Notes: generated from the sequence alone by a model not told the origin. Counted from the stretch's first letter, positions 10,336 to 19,432 are shown. The stretch is 64,000 bases of DNA from Coriobacteriia bacterium (GCA_014859305.1 JACUUM010000002.1:9077-73076), one strand, 5' to 3'. Translations and numbers: made by a program.

Positions 10336-10344
10336 ATTGTAGCA
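10336..10344 (-). promoter_or_regulatory. Extended -10 element (TGcTACAAT) for the ATPase operon
   Basis: The minus strand reads agTGcTACAATcgcggg, about 33 nt upstream of ATG 10303, followed by the SD GGAGTGAGGGG. No good -35. Confidence 0.4.
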
Positions 10345-10427
10345 CTGGCCTCCCGGAGTACCTCGGGGGTGCCTGGGAGCGTGTCGCCAGCCTCGGTGAG
10401 CGGTCTGCGTTACGGCGCGAGCGGCCG

Positions 10428-10433
10428 TATAAT
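10428..10433 (+). promoter_or_regulatory. Perfect TATAAT -10 box, 7 nt upstream of an in-frame GTG (possible leaderless capA-like transcript)
   Basis: ccgTATAATcgtgcgcGTGagc was read directly. No SD lies between the box and the GTG. Confidence 0.4.
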
Positions 10434-10440
10434 CGTGCGC

Positions 10441-11664
10441 GTGAGCCCCTCACCCCTCAGGCGGCCGGTGCCCCTCCGCACGTACGGCAGGGCGAGGCGT
10501 CGGAGCGGCCGCGCGCTGCGCGGCGCCGGCGCCGTGCTGCTGCTGGTCGCCGTCGTCGCCGCGGCGGTCGCGCTGGTCTCCGGCGTACCGCTGCCGCTGG
10601 CCCGGGGATCGCGGGGCGCGGGCGCGGCATCGCCCCCCGCCTCCGAGCCCTCGACGGCGGCCATCCCGGCTCACGCGGCCGAGCCCGAGCCCGAGCCCGT
10701 CGAGTCGCGCCAGGCGACGCTGACCGTGGCGGCGGTCGGCGACATGATCTTCGACCGCAAGGTCGCCGCCCTCATCGCGGCCTCCGGCGGTGAGGCGCCG
10801 CTTGCGCGCGTCGCGCCCCTGCTCGCGCGAGCCGACATCGCCGTCGGGAACCTGGAGTCGCCCCTTGCCTCCGGTGGCACCAGGAAGGCCGACAAGGACG
10901 TGACCTTCCGAGGAGACCCGCGCGGCATCGAGGGGCTACGGCTGGCCGGCTTCGACTTCCTGTCGCTGGCGAACAACCACGCGCTCGACTACGGCCCGGA
11001 GGCGCTGGCCGAGACGGTCGCCGCGCTGGACGCCGCGGCCATCGGTCACGCGGGCGCCGGCGGGGACCGCGAGGCCGCCTGGCGGCCGGCGATCGCCGAG
11101 CGGCACGGCGCGTCGGTGGCCTTCCTGTCGTTCTCGCACATCCTGCCCGCGGGCTTCATCGCCACCTCCGGGAAGGCCGGCATTGCGCAGGGCCGCGAGA
11201 ACATGCCCGCCGTGCTCGAGGCGATCCGGGCCGCCAAGGAGGAGCACGACTACGTGCTCGTCTCGTTCCATTGGGGCGTGGAGTACGCCGACCACGCCAA
11301 CGGCGACCAGGTCCGCGACGCCAAGGCGGCCGTGGACGCGGGAGCCGACATGGTGCTGGCGCACCACCCGCACGTGATCCAGGGCGTGCAGCGGTACCGG
11401 GGGGCGCTCATCGCCTACTCGACCGGCGACTTCGTCTTCGACCACTACTCGCGCAAGACCGGCGAGGCGTTCATCCTCGACGCCGAGCTCGGGCCGGACG
11501 GCGTGGGAGACGTGAGCTTCACGCCGGTCTACCTCGACGGCAACGGCCGCCCCGATGTGGTGACCGGCCCCGAGGCGCGCGTCATCCTCCAGAGGCTTCG
11601 CGACATCTCCGCGCCGCTGGGGGGCAAGGTCGTCCTGACCGGCGACACGGCGGTGCTGCGATGA
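10441..11664 (+). CDS. CapA family (PGA_cap metallophosphatase-like) membrane-anchored protein
   Basis: VGDMIFDR...VGNLESPL...LSLANNHALDYG...SFHWGVEY...LAHHPHVIQG are CapA motifs. The N-terminus is Arg-rich and followed by a TM helix. The start is uncertain (GTG 10441 is favoured; the track start is 10369). Confidence 0.8.
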   Translation: MSPSPLRRPVPLRTYGRARRRSGRALRGAGAVLLLVAVVAAAVALVSGVPLPLARGSRGAGAASPPASEPSTAAIPAHAAEPEPEPVESRQATLTVAAVGDMIFDRKVAALIAASGGEAPLARVAPLLARADIAVGNLESPLASGGTRKADKDVTFRGDPRGIEGLRLAGFDFLSLANNHALDYGPEALAETVAALDAAAIGHAGAGGDREAAWRPAIAERHGASVAFLSFSHILPAGFIATSGKAGIAQGRENMPAVLEAIRAAKEEHDYVLVSFHWGVEYADHANGDQVRDAKAAVDAGADMVLAHHPHVIQGVQRYRGALIAYSTGDFVFDHYSRKTGEAFILDAELGPDGVGDVSFTPVYLDGNGRPDVVTGPEARVILQRLRDISAPLGGKVVLTGDTAVLR

Positions 11665-12590
11665 GCCGAAGACCGTTCGACGCCGAGCGCGACACGGTCT
11701 CGTTCGCGCCTCCGCGCGCGGAGCGGCCCCCGGGGCCGCAGGCGCCTCGGCTGGGGGCGGTCAGGGACACCGGCATCCTCCTCGGGCCGCCGCGGGCGCG
11801 CTGGGGACGCCGACGACGCCACCCCCTCGCTGCGCTGCTGACCGCGGCCCTGCTCGTCGCGGCGGCCTCCTTGCTCGCGTGGTCCCTCTCCGCGCGCGGC
11901 GCGGCCCGGTCCGGCGGAGGGACGGGAGAGGGCGCCTCGTACCGCCTCGAGGTGCTCCCCGATCCCACCCCGGTCTTCGCCACCTACCGCTCCCTGCAGA
12001 TCCACCTGCCGCTGCGGCCCGAGGAGGCCACCGCCATCGCCTTCCACCAGGCCTCCGGCGGCGACAGCCTGCGTATGGGATCGCTCGTGCCCGACGCGGA
12101 CATGGCTGCCGCCGCGCGAGGCGACGTGCAGCTCAAGCCCGCGGTCGCCCGCGTCGAGGCCCCCGAGGGCGTCCCGGCCGTGCTCGACGGACGGGTCCTT
12201 CGCCTGTGGCGCAGCAACCGCCGAGGAGCGCCGGACACCGCCTGCGACGCGGGAGCGGCGCCCGGCACCGTCGTCTACGCGCCGGTCAGCGGGACGGTCG
12301 CCGCCGTCACCCGCTACGAGCTCTACGGCCGCCATCCCGACTACGAGATCCACATCTCGCCGGACGGCTGGCCGGAGGTCGACGTCGTGCTCATCCACGT
12401 CGACGCCGTGAAGGTGCGCCCCGGGGACCGCGTGGAGGCCGGCGCGACCGGTATCGCCGAGGTGCGCAGGCTGTCCGACCGCTTGGACCACCAGCTCGCG
12501 GCGTACACGGGCGACGGCGGGGACCACGTCCACATGCAGCTCAACCGCGTCGGAGCGCCCGGCGAGCTGCGTCCCATCGGGGGGTCGTAG
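11661..12590 (+). CDS. Membrane-anchored protein with a divergent M23/LytM-like C-terminal domain
   Basis: ATG 11661 overlaps the capA-like stop (ATGA). One TM helix (LAALLTAALLVAAASLLAW). The C-terminus GTVVYAPVSGTV...DHVHMQLN resembles M23 (HxH), but the HxxxD motif is degenerate. Confidence 0.5.
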   Translation: MSRRPFDAERDTVSFAPPRAERPPGPQAPRLGAVRDTGILLGPPRARWGRRRRHPLAALLTAALLVAAASLLAWSLSARGAARSGGGTGEGASYRLEVLPDPTPVFATYRSLQIHLPLRPEEATAIAFHQASGGDSLRMGSLVPDADMAAAARGDVQLKPAVARVEAPEGVPAVLDGRVLRLWRSNRRGAPDTACDAGAAPGTVVYAPVSGTVAAVTRYELYGRHPDYEIHISPDGWPEVDVVLIHVDAVKVRPGDRVEAGATGIAEVRRLSDRLDHQLAAYTGDGGDHVHMQLNRVGAPGELRPIGGS

Positions 12591-12671
12591 CACTGGCGCG
12601 AGAGCGGGGAAGGTCCCGCAAGGCGACGAGTGCGGCGACGGCGGGCGTGAGCGCCTCTCGGGGCGCTGACG

Positions 12672-12878
12672 CTACTCGTCGGCCGGCCGCCGAAGGAAGC
12701 CGCGGAACCTCCGGTCGAAGTCGTAGCGCATCAGCTTCACGCGCCGCCCGCAGCCCAGACACTCCAGGCCGATGTCCATGCCGAGCTTCTCGACGCGCCA
12801 CTCGTTCGCCCCGCAGGGGTGGGGCTTCTTGAGCCTCACCACGTCGCCGAGGCGGATGGGGACGATGGGGATCGGCAC
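12672..12878 (-). CDS. DUF951 family protein
   Basis: 68 aa. RLGDVVRLKKPHPCGANEWRVEKLGMDIGLECLGCGRRV is the DUF951 pattern. GTG start with SD GAAGGAGG. Confidence 0.85.
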   Translation of the reverse strand: MPIPIVPIRLGDVVRLKKPHPCGANEWRVEKLGMDIGLECLGCGRRVKLMRYDFDRRFRGFLRRPADE

Positions 12879-12926
12879 GAAGCCTCCTTCGGCGGGCCGC
12901 GGGAACCGGGACCGGCGAGCCGTCCG

Positions 12927-12954
12927 TTGCTGCTCGGGACGGCTAGAGTATATC
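12927..12954 (+). promoter_or_regulatory. Candidate sigma-70-type promoter for the ACT/UPF0210 pair
   Basis: TTGCTG-16 nt-TATATC was read directly, about 55 nt upstream of GTG 13010. Confidence 0.35.
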
Positions 12955-13009
12955 CTGTGAGCCCGCCCCGAGGCGCCGCGGGACGTGCATGCCGGTGAAG
13001 GGAGAGCCC

Positions 13010-13288
13010 GTGAAGACCCGAGCGATCCTCTCCGTGCTGGGAGAGGACCGAGTCGGCATCGTCGCCGGCATCTCGAGCGTGCTGGCCGAGACGGGGACGA
13101 ACATCGAGGACATCCGCCAGACGATCCTGTCGGGCACCTTCTCCATGACGATGCTAGTCACCGTCGACGAGGACGTCACGCCCTTCGAGACCGTCCAGGC
13201 CCGCCTCGCCGAGGCGGGAGAGCGGATCGGCGTGCAGGTGACGCTGCAGCGCGAGGACGTGTTCCGCTACATGCACCGGATCGGCTGA
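13010..13288 (+). CDS. ACT domain-containing protein (UPF0237 family)
   Basis: [34 protein letters not shown] is an ACT fold signature. GTG 13010 follows the SD GAAGGGAGAG. The track start 12989 is less likely. Confidence 0.85.
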   Translation: MKTRAILSVLGEDRVGIVAGISSVLAETGTNIEDIRQTILSGTFSMTMLVTVDEDVTPFETVQARLAEAGERIGVQVTLQREDVFRYMHRIG

Positions 13289-13317
13289 GCCGTCCTCCCC
13301 CCGCCCGAGGAGCCCGC

Positions 13318-14682
13318 TTGGAGCTGAGCCCCGAGGAGATCGTCGAGACGCTGCTGATGGTCACGCAGCAGAACCTCGACATCCGCACGGTCACGCTGGG
13401 CGTCGCACTGGACGCCTGCGCGGGACGCGACGTCGAAGACGTCTCGCGCAGGGTGTACGAGACGGTCTGCCGACGAGCCGAACGGCTCGTGCCGGTCGTG
13501 GAGGCCGTGGAGCGCGAGTACGGGATCCCGGTCGTCAACAAGCGCGTCTCGGTCACGCCCGCCGCCCAGCTCGCTGCCGCGTGCGAGGGGGAGGATGCGG
13601 TGCCGATCGCCGAGGCGATGGACCGGGCGGCGGCCGAGGTCGGGGTGGACTTCATCGGGGGGTTCTCGGCGCTCGTGCACAAGGGCATCGGCGCGGGCGA
13701 CCGCCGCGTCATCGACTCCGTCCCGGAGGCGCTGGCGGCCACGGAGCGCGTGTGCTCCTCGGTGAACGTCGCATCCACGCGCGCGGGAATCAACATGGAC
13801 GCGGTGCTCCGTATGGCCGAGGTGGTCAAGGAGACCGCGCGCCTGACCGCCGAGCGGGACAGCATCGGCTGCGGCAAGCTGGTCGTGTTCTGCAACATGG
13901 TCGAGGACAACCCGTTCATGGCCGGGGCGACGCTCGGTCCCGGCGAGCCCGACGCCGTCGTCAACGTCGGCATCTCCGGCCCGGGCGTGGTTCGCGCCGT
14001 CGTCTCTTCGCTGTCCGAGGAGGCCGACCTCACGGAGGTCGCCGAGGCGGTCAAGGCGACGTCGTTCAAGATCACCCGCGCGGGCGAGCTGATCGCGCGC
14101 GAGACCGCTCGCCGCCTGGGGGTCGCGATGGGCATCGTGGACCTCTCGCTGGCGCCCACGCCGGCGGCCGGCGACAGCGTGGCCGGGATACTCGAGGCGA
14201 TGGGACTGCAGCGCTGCGGCGCCCCGGGGACCACCGCCGCCCTCGCTCTGCTCAACGACGCCGTCAAGAAGGGCGGCGCGATGGGCACGAGCTCGACCGG
14301 AGGCCTCTCCGGCGCCTTCATCCCCGTCTCCGAGGACGCCGGGATGGTGCGGGCGGTGGCCGAGGGAGCCCTGACGCTCGAGAAGCTCGAGGCCATGACG
14401 GCCGTGTGCTCGGTCGGGCTCGACATGATCGCCCTGCCGGGCGACACGAGCGCCGAGACTATCGCCGGGATCATCGCCGACGCCTGCGCGATCGGCATGG
14501 TGAACGGCAAGACCACTGCCGCGCGCCTCATCCCTGCCGCCGGCAAGTCCGCGGGGGACCGCGTCGACTTCGGCGGGCTGCTCGGGGCGGCGCCGGTGAT
14601 GTCCGTGAGCGCGTGGTCGGGCGCGGCCTTCGTGCGTCGCGGCGGCCGGCTGCCGGCTCCGCTGAGGAGCCTGGGCAACTGA
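13318..14682 (+). CDS. UPF0210 (PFL-like, DUF711) family protein
   Basis: The N-terminus [27 protein letters not shown] is typical of UPF0210. TTG start at 13318, 454 aa. The track ORF is over-extended to 12985. Confidence 0.85.
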   Translation: MELSPEEIVETLLMVTQQNLDIRTVTLGVALDACAGRDVEDVSRRVYETVCRRAERLVPVVEAVEREYGIPVVNKRVSVTPAAQLAAACEGEDAVPIAEAMDRAAAEVGVDFIGGFSALVHKGIGAGDRRVIDSVPEALAATERVCSSVNVASTRAGINMDAVLRMAEVVKETARLTAERDSIGCGKLVVFCNMVEDNPFMAGATLGPGEPDAVVNVGISGPGVVRAVVSSLSEEADLTEVAEAVKATSFKITRAGELIARETARRLGVAMGIVDLSLAPTPAAGDSVAGILEAMGLQRCGAPGTTAALALLNDAVKKGGAMGTSSTGGLSGAFIPVSEDAGMVRAVAEGALTLEKLEAMTAVCSVGLDMIALPGDTSAETIAGIIADACAIGMVNGKTTAARLIPAAGKSAGDRVDFGGLLGAAPVMSVSAWSGAAFVRRGGRLPAPLRSLGN

Positions 14683-14749
14683 GCCTCCCCGGATAGGCGA
14701 TCCGGCGGCCGGCCCGCCACCCTCCTGTGGGTTTCCTGCGCGCCTACAT

Positions 14750-14799
14750 GCCGTTCAGCGCATACTTCCGCCCGTCTATCCAGGAATCCCGCCGTTCGG
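14750..14799 (+). promoter_or_regulatory. Direct repeat GCCGTTC(A/G)G x2, 41 bp apart, upstream of the 899-aa surface protein gene
   Basis: GCCGTTCAG at 14750-14758 and GCCGTTCGG at 14791-14799. The core resembles the AlgR (LytTR family) CCGTTCGTC box. The functional link is speculative. Confidence 0.25.
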
Positions 14800-14931
14800 A
14801 CTGCTCGCGCTGTAGCGGGCGTCACACGTCCCGATGCATTCACCTGGCGGGCGAAGGGCCCGATCCCCAGGACCCACGGAGGAGGGGCCGTCCGGCGGCG
14901 GGGTGCGCGCCGGACACCTCCGCGAGGACAG

Positions 14932-17631
14932 ATGCGACCTCGACACTCACACAGGACGTCGCCGCGCCCGGCACGGAGTCGGGCACGCCGGCTGCGTGCC
15001 GCCGCGGCGCTGGTGCTGGCCGCGGCGCTGCCTTCGGCGGCCGCAGGCGTCGGTCTGGTCTCCACGACCATCGCCATCGACGGGGACATGACCGACTGGG
15101 CCGGCGTCCTGTCCAGCGCGCCCAACGTGACCTCCGACCCCATCGGCGCCGCCGACCCCGACAACCCCGGCTCGGCGAACCGCGACCTGTGCCTGGCCGC
15201 CTACACCTGGGACGCCGAGAACCTGTACGTCTACCTGCGCCGCACCGCCAGCGGCAACAACTCCGTGCACTACATCATCTACGTCGACGTCGACAACAGC
15301 GGGACGATGAGCGACGTCGACCGCGTGGTGGACCTCAACTACAACGGGTCCGCGTTCCAGCCCGGCGGCAGCGGCGTGTTCGGTTACGCGCCGGCGGCGC
15401 CGGGCGGCGACCCGCTCGTCGGCGACGGACAGGCCATGCCCGGACGTCTCGGCGCCCCGGTCCCGGACCCCGGCCTGAACGCCTCTGCGAACGGCGACGG
15501 CATCAGGCACGAGGCGGCGATCCCATGGGCGGCGCTCGGCTTGCCGGCGGGCTCTCCCGTCCAGCTCAAGTTCGCGTGCTCCCTCAACACCAACCTGCCC
15601 GCGTCGATCCAGGACAACACGGCGGTCGCCTCGCTGATACGGCGGCAGGTGGCCGTGTCGGCGGGGACGACCAGGGGCGGCGCGGCAGGCAACGACGTCG
15701 AGTTCGCACACACGGTCACCAACCACGGCAACGTCGACGACACGTACGACCTCTCCGCCGTCTCGGCGCGAGGGTGGCCGCTGCAGCTGACGGACGAGGC
15801 CGGCTCCCCGATCGCCTCTCTCGCGATCCCCGCCGGCGGCTCGGCCGGGATCCGCGTGCGCGTGACGATCCCGGCGGGGACCGCGGACGGCACGAGGGAC
15901 ACGCTGACCGTCACCTGCACGAGCTCCTCGGCGAGCCACGTCACGGCGAGCGCGACGGACCACGCCGTCTGCGGCGAGGTCATCGTGATCCCCGATCTCA
16001 CCAACTCCGTCGCTCCCGGCTCCGTGTCGGTCTTCCGCAACACGCTGGCCAACCACGGCGACCGGACGCTCACCCTCGCGCTCACCGCCGCCTCCGACCG
16101 GGGGTGGACCGCCGAGGTCTTCGCGGCCGACGGCGTGACCCCGCTGAGCGAAGCGGTACTGCCGCCCGGAGGCTCGCGCGCCGTGCGCGTGCGCGTCCAC
16201 GTGCCCGCCGGCGCCGCGCTGGGCACCGCCGATGTCACGTCGCTGCGCGCCGTGGCCCTCGACGACCCCGGCGTCGGAGGCACCGGCAGGGACACGACGC
16301 TCGTCCGGCCAGAGCTTTCCGTGGTGCCGGACAACACGGGGACCGCCGGGGCCGGCACAGCCGTGACGTACCTCCACACGGTGACCAACAGCTCGTCCGA
16401 GACGCGCACGGTCACCCTTGACGCCACGGACTCCTCCGGGTGGCCGGTGCAGGTGCTCGAAGCCGACGGCGTCACGCCGCTGGCCTCGGTCGCACTCCCG
16501 CCGTTCGGAGGCTCCTCTCCGGTCAGGGTAAGGGTCTCGGTGCCCGCCGGTGCGGCCTCGGGGGCGGTCTCGACCACGACCCTCAGGGCCGGCTGGGGCG
16601 CGCTCACGGCCGTCGCCACCGACGTCACGACCGTCTCGACCCTCGTGTTCTTCGCGGACGGCTCCTACGCCGAACCGACGGAGCACTTCGTCCTCGGCGA
16701 CGCCGTCCACGTTCGGGCCTCGGGGCTGGCACCGGGGTCGACGGTACGCTTCCGCTGGCTTGACACCTCCGGCGCCGTCGTGCACGCCAGCCCCGACGTC
16801 CCAGTCGACACGGGGGGCCAGGCGGCCTCCTCCTACACGATCCCTGCCGCCGGCCCTCCCGGCGCGTGGACGTGCGTCCTGGTCACGAACAAGGGTGCTG
16901 AGCTCGCACGCCGCACCTTCTACGCCGGCTACAGGGCGCACATCGAGTCGGTGTCGGCTCCCGACGTGCCCTCCGCCGCCTCCGACGTCTCCGCCGATGT
17001 CGTGCTGCGCAACCACGGAGCGGTCGTCATCGCCGACTCCACCCTGACGTACCTGGTGTGGCACGACGTCGACTCCGACGGCGTGTGCTCCAACGGCGAC
17101 CTGTACGTGGACGAGGCCGGAGAGATCGCCACGTACGCCGGGACCGGCGGCGAGAGGACGCGCCTCGGCAGCGGCGTGTCCGTCCCGGCCGGCGGGAGCT
17201 GGTCGGAGCCGGCGACCTGGACGGTCCCGGCGGCGAACCTCCCCTACCCCGGCACCTACCACGTGACGGCGGAGTGGCGGGCGGCCGACGGAACGGTCAT
17301 CGACACGCGGGGGACGACGTTCCTCGCCTCGGCCTACCGCCTGACGCTCACGATCAGCGAATCCGCGCTCGACGCGGGCACCGTGGAGCCCGGCAGCACG
17401 CACGTGTTGGCTCCGGTCAACGTCGCCGTCGAGGCGAACACCCGGTTCGACCTCTACAAGGCGGTCGGGGGGGATGCGGCGCTCATGGGGCTGTCCTCGG
17501 GGCTGCTCTCCCAGGTGGACCAGTCCTCGGGCCTGCACTTCTACGTCGACTCGATCTCCCTCGACATCCCCTGGGAGGCGGAGCCGGGTCCTCTCGGCGC
17601 CGTCCTCACCTACACGGTGGTGGCTCAGTGA
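14932..17631 (+). CDS. Large secreted multidomain cell-surface protein
   Basis: 899 aa with a signal peptide (RRLRAAAALVLAAALPSAAAG). The N-terminal IDGDMTDW...NLYVYLRR looks like a sugar-binding-type beta-sandwich. Three tandem repeats of about 105 aa (xTNHG...GWP...VRVRVxxPAG) follow. The C-terminal 100 aa are homologous to the next gene product. Confidence 0.85.
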   Translation: MRPRHSHRTSPRPARSRARRLRAAAALVLAAALPSAAAGVGLVSTTIAIDGDMTDWAGVLSSAPNVTSDPIGAADPDNPGSANRDLCLAAYTWDAENLYVYLRRTASGNNSVHYIIYVDVDNSGTMSDVDRVVDLNYNGSAFQPGGSGVFGYAPAAPGGDPLVGDGQAMPGRLGAPVPDPGLNASANGDGIRHEAAIPWAALGLPAGSPVQLKFACSLNTNLPASIQDNTAVASLIRRQVAVSAGTTRGGAAGNDVEFAHTVTNHGNVDDTYDLSAVSARGWPLQLTDEAGSPIASLAIPAGGSAGIRVRVTIPAGTADGTRDTLTVTCTSSSASHVTASATDHAVCGEVIVIPDLTNSVAPGSVSVFRNTLANHGDRTLTLALTAASDRGWTAEVFAADGVTPLSEAVLPPGGSRAVRVRVHVPAGAALGTADVTSLRAVALDDPGVGGTGRDTTLVRPELSVVPDNTGTAGAGTAVTYLHTVTNSSSETRTVTLDATDSSGWPVQVLEADGVTPLASVALPPFGGSSPVRVRVSVPAGAASGAVSTTTLRAGWGALTAVATDVTTVSTLVFFADGSYAEPTEHFVLGDAVHVRASGLAPGSTVRFRWLDTSGAVVHASPDVPVDTGGQAASSYTIPAAGPPGAWTCVLVTNKGAELARRTFYAGYRAHIESVSAPDVPSAASDVSADVVLRNHGAVVIADSTLTYLVWHDVDSDGVCSNGDLYVDEAGEIATYAGTGGERTRLGSGVSVPAGGSWSEPATWTVPAANLPYPGTYHVTAEWRAADGTVIDTRGTTFLASAYRLTLTISESALDAGTVEPGSTHVLAPVNVAVEANTRFDLYKAVGGDAALMGLSSGLLSQVDQSSGLHFYVDSISLDIPWEAEPGPLGAVLTYTVVAQ

Positions 17632-17800
17632 GCCGCCGGAGATCAACGCTCGCCGCCTTCGGCCCCTCGCACATCCGGGCGCGGTGGCCGGGGGGCGGGC
17701 TGCACATAGAGGGGGGTGGTCCCTGAGAGACGACCACTCCGCAGAACCACGTGTTCGAGAGTCACGTACATGTCAGCAGGTAGTTGGAAGGAGAAGGACC

Positions 17801-18268
17801 ATGAAGAGAACGTTGATGGCAGGGTTCCTGGCAGTGGTGCTGGTCGCCGGGCTCGTCACGACAGCGACCGCAGCCCCGCAGTCCTTCAGCGGGAACCTCG
17901 TCGGGGGCAAGTGGCAGGCCGGCCCCGGCGACGTGGTCGTCACCGCCGCCGTGAACCCGAAGGTCGAGCTCACGCTCTCCGAAGACCTGGTCGACGCCGG
18001 CGCCCTCGACCCCGACATCCCCGCACCGCAGTGGACGCTCGCGGTGAACGTGGATACAGCGGCCAACGTGCCCTGTGACCTGACCAAGAGCGTCGTGACC
18101 GACATGGACGGCATCGCGACGCCGCTGTTCGAGTCGGACCTGGCAGCGCTCATCGCCGATATCCGCGGCGTGAACAACTACACCGACAACTACGCCATCT
18201 CGGTCGGCTACGACACGGACCCGGGCAACTACAGCGCGACCGTCACCTACACGCTGGTCCAGAGGTAA
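17801..18268 (+). CDS. Small secreted protein, WxL-like module (paralogue of the C-terminus of the 899-aa protein)
   Basis: ATG 17801 follows GGAAGGAGAAGG. Signal peptide MKRTLMAGFLAVVLVAGLVTTATA. VELTLSEDLVDAG...VNVDTAANVPCDLTK...YSATVTYTLVQR aligns with residues 803-899 of the upstream protein. Confidence 0.8.
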   Translation: MKRTLMAGFLAVVLVAGLVTTATAAPQSFSGNLVGGKWQAGPGDVVVTAAVNPKVELTLSEDLVDAGALDPDIPAPQWTLAVNVDTAANVPCDLTKSVVTDMDGIATPLFESDLAALIADIRGVNNYTDNYAISVGYDTDPGNYSATVTYTLVQR

Positions 18269-18286
18269 CACTGCCGGACGCAGCAT

Positions 18287-18323
18287 GAAGGTCCCGCCGT
18301 CCGTCCCGGGCGGCGGGACCTTC
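18287..18323. terminator. Bidirectional hairpin between convergent genes
   Basis: Perfect 13-bp stem GAAGGTCCCGCCG / CGGCGGGACCTTC with an 11-nt loop, between the stops at 18268 and 18356. No U-tract. Confidence 0.55.
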
Positions 18324-18355
18324 CTCGCGTCCGCGGACGATCCCCCGGAGGTCTC

Positions 18356-19432
18356 CTAAGCCGTCCGGTCCACGCTCCGCTCGTCCGGCGGCCCGGCGGA
18401 GTCGGAAGGCGGGGGTCCGTCCCCGCGCTCGCGACGCATGCGGTCCCTCCCTCGGGAGCCCTCCGCACGGGCGCGGCGCCGGGCGGCGAAGACGGCGAGC
18501 CGCCAGAGCAGCCACAGAGCCATGAGCCCCGCCGCCCCGGCCGCGGCGCCTATAGCCCATGCCGGGACGATCCAGACGGCCCGCTCCTCGACGATGCTCT
18601 CGGTCGATCCGCCGTCCTCGGTCCGGTACTCGACCACCAGACGGGCGACGTGCTTGCCGACCACGTCCCCCTCCAGATCGAGTCGCCCTCCGCCGGACAG
18701 GTCCGTGCCTGCGTACACGGTGGTCTCGGTCATGACCGAGCTGCCGGCCCTCTCGACGCCGCCGGGTCCCGACAGGATCAGGGCGGCGCGCACACGCTTG
18801 TCGATGTTGCCCGTGTTGCGCACGGCGAAGCTGTAGGGGAGGTTGTCCCCGGTGACCAGCGCGTCGGTGGTGAACGAGCCTATGCTCAACCGCTCGACGA
18901 CCTCGCCGCGTACGCGCGTCTTCAGCCTCGTCCCGATGCGTCCGGAGACCCGCGAGATGGACCCGCCGGCTACCGGGTCGAGCGAGGCCATCTCGAAGAA
19001 GATGACGCTGTTGTGATCGCCCGGCGGGGTGTTGGGCGGTACCTCGAACCGGAACTTGACGGGCACCTTCTCTCCGGCCTCGAGTTCCATGTACGGCGTG
19101 TTGCCCACGGCCTTGGCCCGTTTGGGCAGCTCGAGCCGGACCCAGCTGGCCGGCCCGGCGAAGGCCGTCATGCTCTCGCGGTCGGGGGTGGTGAAGGTCA
19201 ACTCCCCGGTCTCGCCGACCTCCTGGTCCGCAACGTAGACCAGCACGGTCATCGGCTCGCTGCCCTCGTTCATGACCACGACCTCGCCCTCGCCGCTCCC
19301 GCCGGCCTCTACGTCGAAGCGGAAGCTGAGCGCCGAGAGCGCGATGGTGCGCTGGGCGGCCGCGGGCGCCGGCGCGAGTAGCGCCGCGGCCAGGAGTATC
19401 GGCGCGAGCGGCCGCCAGCGGCCGCGCCTCAT
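18356..19432 (-). CDS. Signal-peptide, beta-sandwich, C-terminally TM-anchored surface protein (DUF916/DUF3324-like architecture)
   Basis: 358 aa. Signal peptide RPLAPILLAAALLAPAPAAAQ. FRFDVEAGGSGEGEVVVMNEGSEPMTVLVYV...VKFRFEVPPNTPPGDHNSVIFFEM. TM helix WAIGAAAGAAGLMALWLLW followed by a basic tail. The ATG overlaps the regulator stop (ATGA). Confidence 0.75.
   Translation of the reverse strand: MRRGRWRPLAPILLAAALLAPAPAAAQRTIALSALSFRFDVEAGGSGEGEVVVMNEGSEPMTVLVYVADQEVGETGELTFTTPDRESMTAFAGPASWVRLELPKRAKAVGNTPYMELEAGEKVPVKFRFEVPPNTPPGDHNSVIFFEMASLDPVAGGSISRVSGRIGTRLKTRVRGEVVERLSIGSFTTDALVTGDNLPYSFAVRNTGNIDKRVRAALILSGPGGVERAGSSVMTETTVYAGTDLSGGGRLDLEGDVVGKHVARLVVEYRTEDGGSTESIVEERAVWIVPAWAIGAAAGAAGLMALWLLWRLAVFAARRRARAEGSRGRDRMRRERGDGPPPSDSAGPPDERSVDRTA

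Noticed and set aside
7928-10342. Several long ORFs overlapping atpI and the G/H subunit gene on both strands (551 aa, 645 aa, 328 aa).
   Set aside because: They are shadow frames of the atpI gene. They have no motifs, and their composition is extremely rich in Arg, Gly and Pro.
14947-17646. An 899-aa minus-strand ORF mirroring the 899-aa plus-strand surface protein gene almost exactly.
   Set aside because: The plus-strand product has a signal peptide, internal domain repeats and a paralogue next door. The minus-strand product is an Arg/Gly/Asp/Val-rich translation without features. The equal length is a by-product of a stop-free antisense frame.
17632-17800. LytTR-type direct repeats upstream of the small WxL-like gene (CACGTG...CACGTA, 15 bp apart).
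   Set aside because: The repeats are only 5-6 bp and the spacing does not fit LytTR sites. They are not distinguishable from chance.
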